Shown here piece by piece: positions 63,692 to 64,000 of a stretch of DNA of 64,000 bases. Position 1 is the stretch's first letter. Each line of letters begins with the position of its first letter. A program made the translations under genes and the position numbers. A model generated the notes under the pieces. The model ran no database searches. It saw only the letters and a list, made by a program, of their open reading frames with translations, and was not told where the DNA came from. This DNA comes from Octopus sinensis (lineage: Eukaryota), in assembly GCF_006345805.1 (NCBI RefSeq), contig NC_043000.1:140864001-140928000 (forward strand), given 5' to 3'.

Positions 63692-64000
63692 AGATAAGTA
63701 ATAAACAAAAAATATTTACCAAAAATTATCAAAAGGTATTGACAGTTAAATAATTTTTAAATGCATATGGTTTGAGCAAAAAAACATTTCAAGTTAACAA
63801 GCTTATAAATATTACCCTATTAAGCAGCAGTCAATAACGTTTCTGAAATTCATAATATATATATATCAGGTCTTAACAATGTTACTTTCACAAAAGGTTT
63901 TAATATTGATTTCAAATTTTGACACAAGGCGTTCAAGGTTAGGTGGAGTGGGGTAGTTGATTATATCAACCCCAGTACTCAACTGGTATTTTATCAACTA

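Larger units (their letters stand above)
54245..63820. repeat. Large imperfect palindrome: left arm ~54245-59218, spacer ~59219-59489, right arm ~59490-63820
   Basis: Colinear reverse-complement matches along the whole length, e.g. 54247 agggtaatattt / 63808 aatattaccct; 55886-56640 / 61060-61835; 57020 / 60722; 58815-59218 / 59490-59900. Divergence roughly 5-10% by eye. Confidence 0.95.

Overview
AT-rich, repeat-dense eukaryotic genomic DNA. The tRNA-headed SINE families, (TA)n/(CA)n microsatellites, and CR1/RTE, Tc1/mariner, Helitron and Penelope remnants are what I recognise from Octopus (coleoid cephalopod) genomes; this assignment is inference from pattern recognition. I could not identify any intact host gene or convincing host exon, so the window reads as intronic or intergenic. 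Nearly all ORFs in the track are microsatellites, SINE antisense frames or decayed transposon frames. Two things stand out. (1) About ten type-I hammerhead-ribozyme (HHR) motifs, read by hand from CUGANGA...GAAA...UH cores with paired stems, from at least four unrelated short-repeat families. Most have the palindromic mini-helix III typical of Penelope-like-element (PLE) dimeric hammerheads, several sit in fold-back elements inserted in (TA)n, and one family has a recurrent non-canonical CUGUNGA core. (2) A ~9.6 kb imperfect palindrome (about 54245-63820; arms ~3.6 kb once arm-specific CR1, Helitron, mariner and SINE insertions are removed; ~270 bp spacer) centred on an HHR-bearing PLE-like element and extending ~2.4 kb into flanking DNA on each side. 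Repeat boundaries are approximate (about +/-10-30 nt) unless stated otherwise. All alignments and folds were done by eye.
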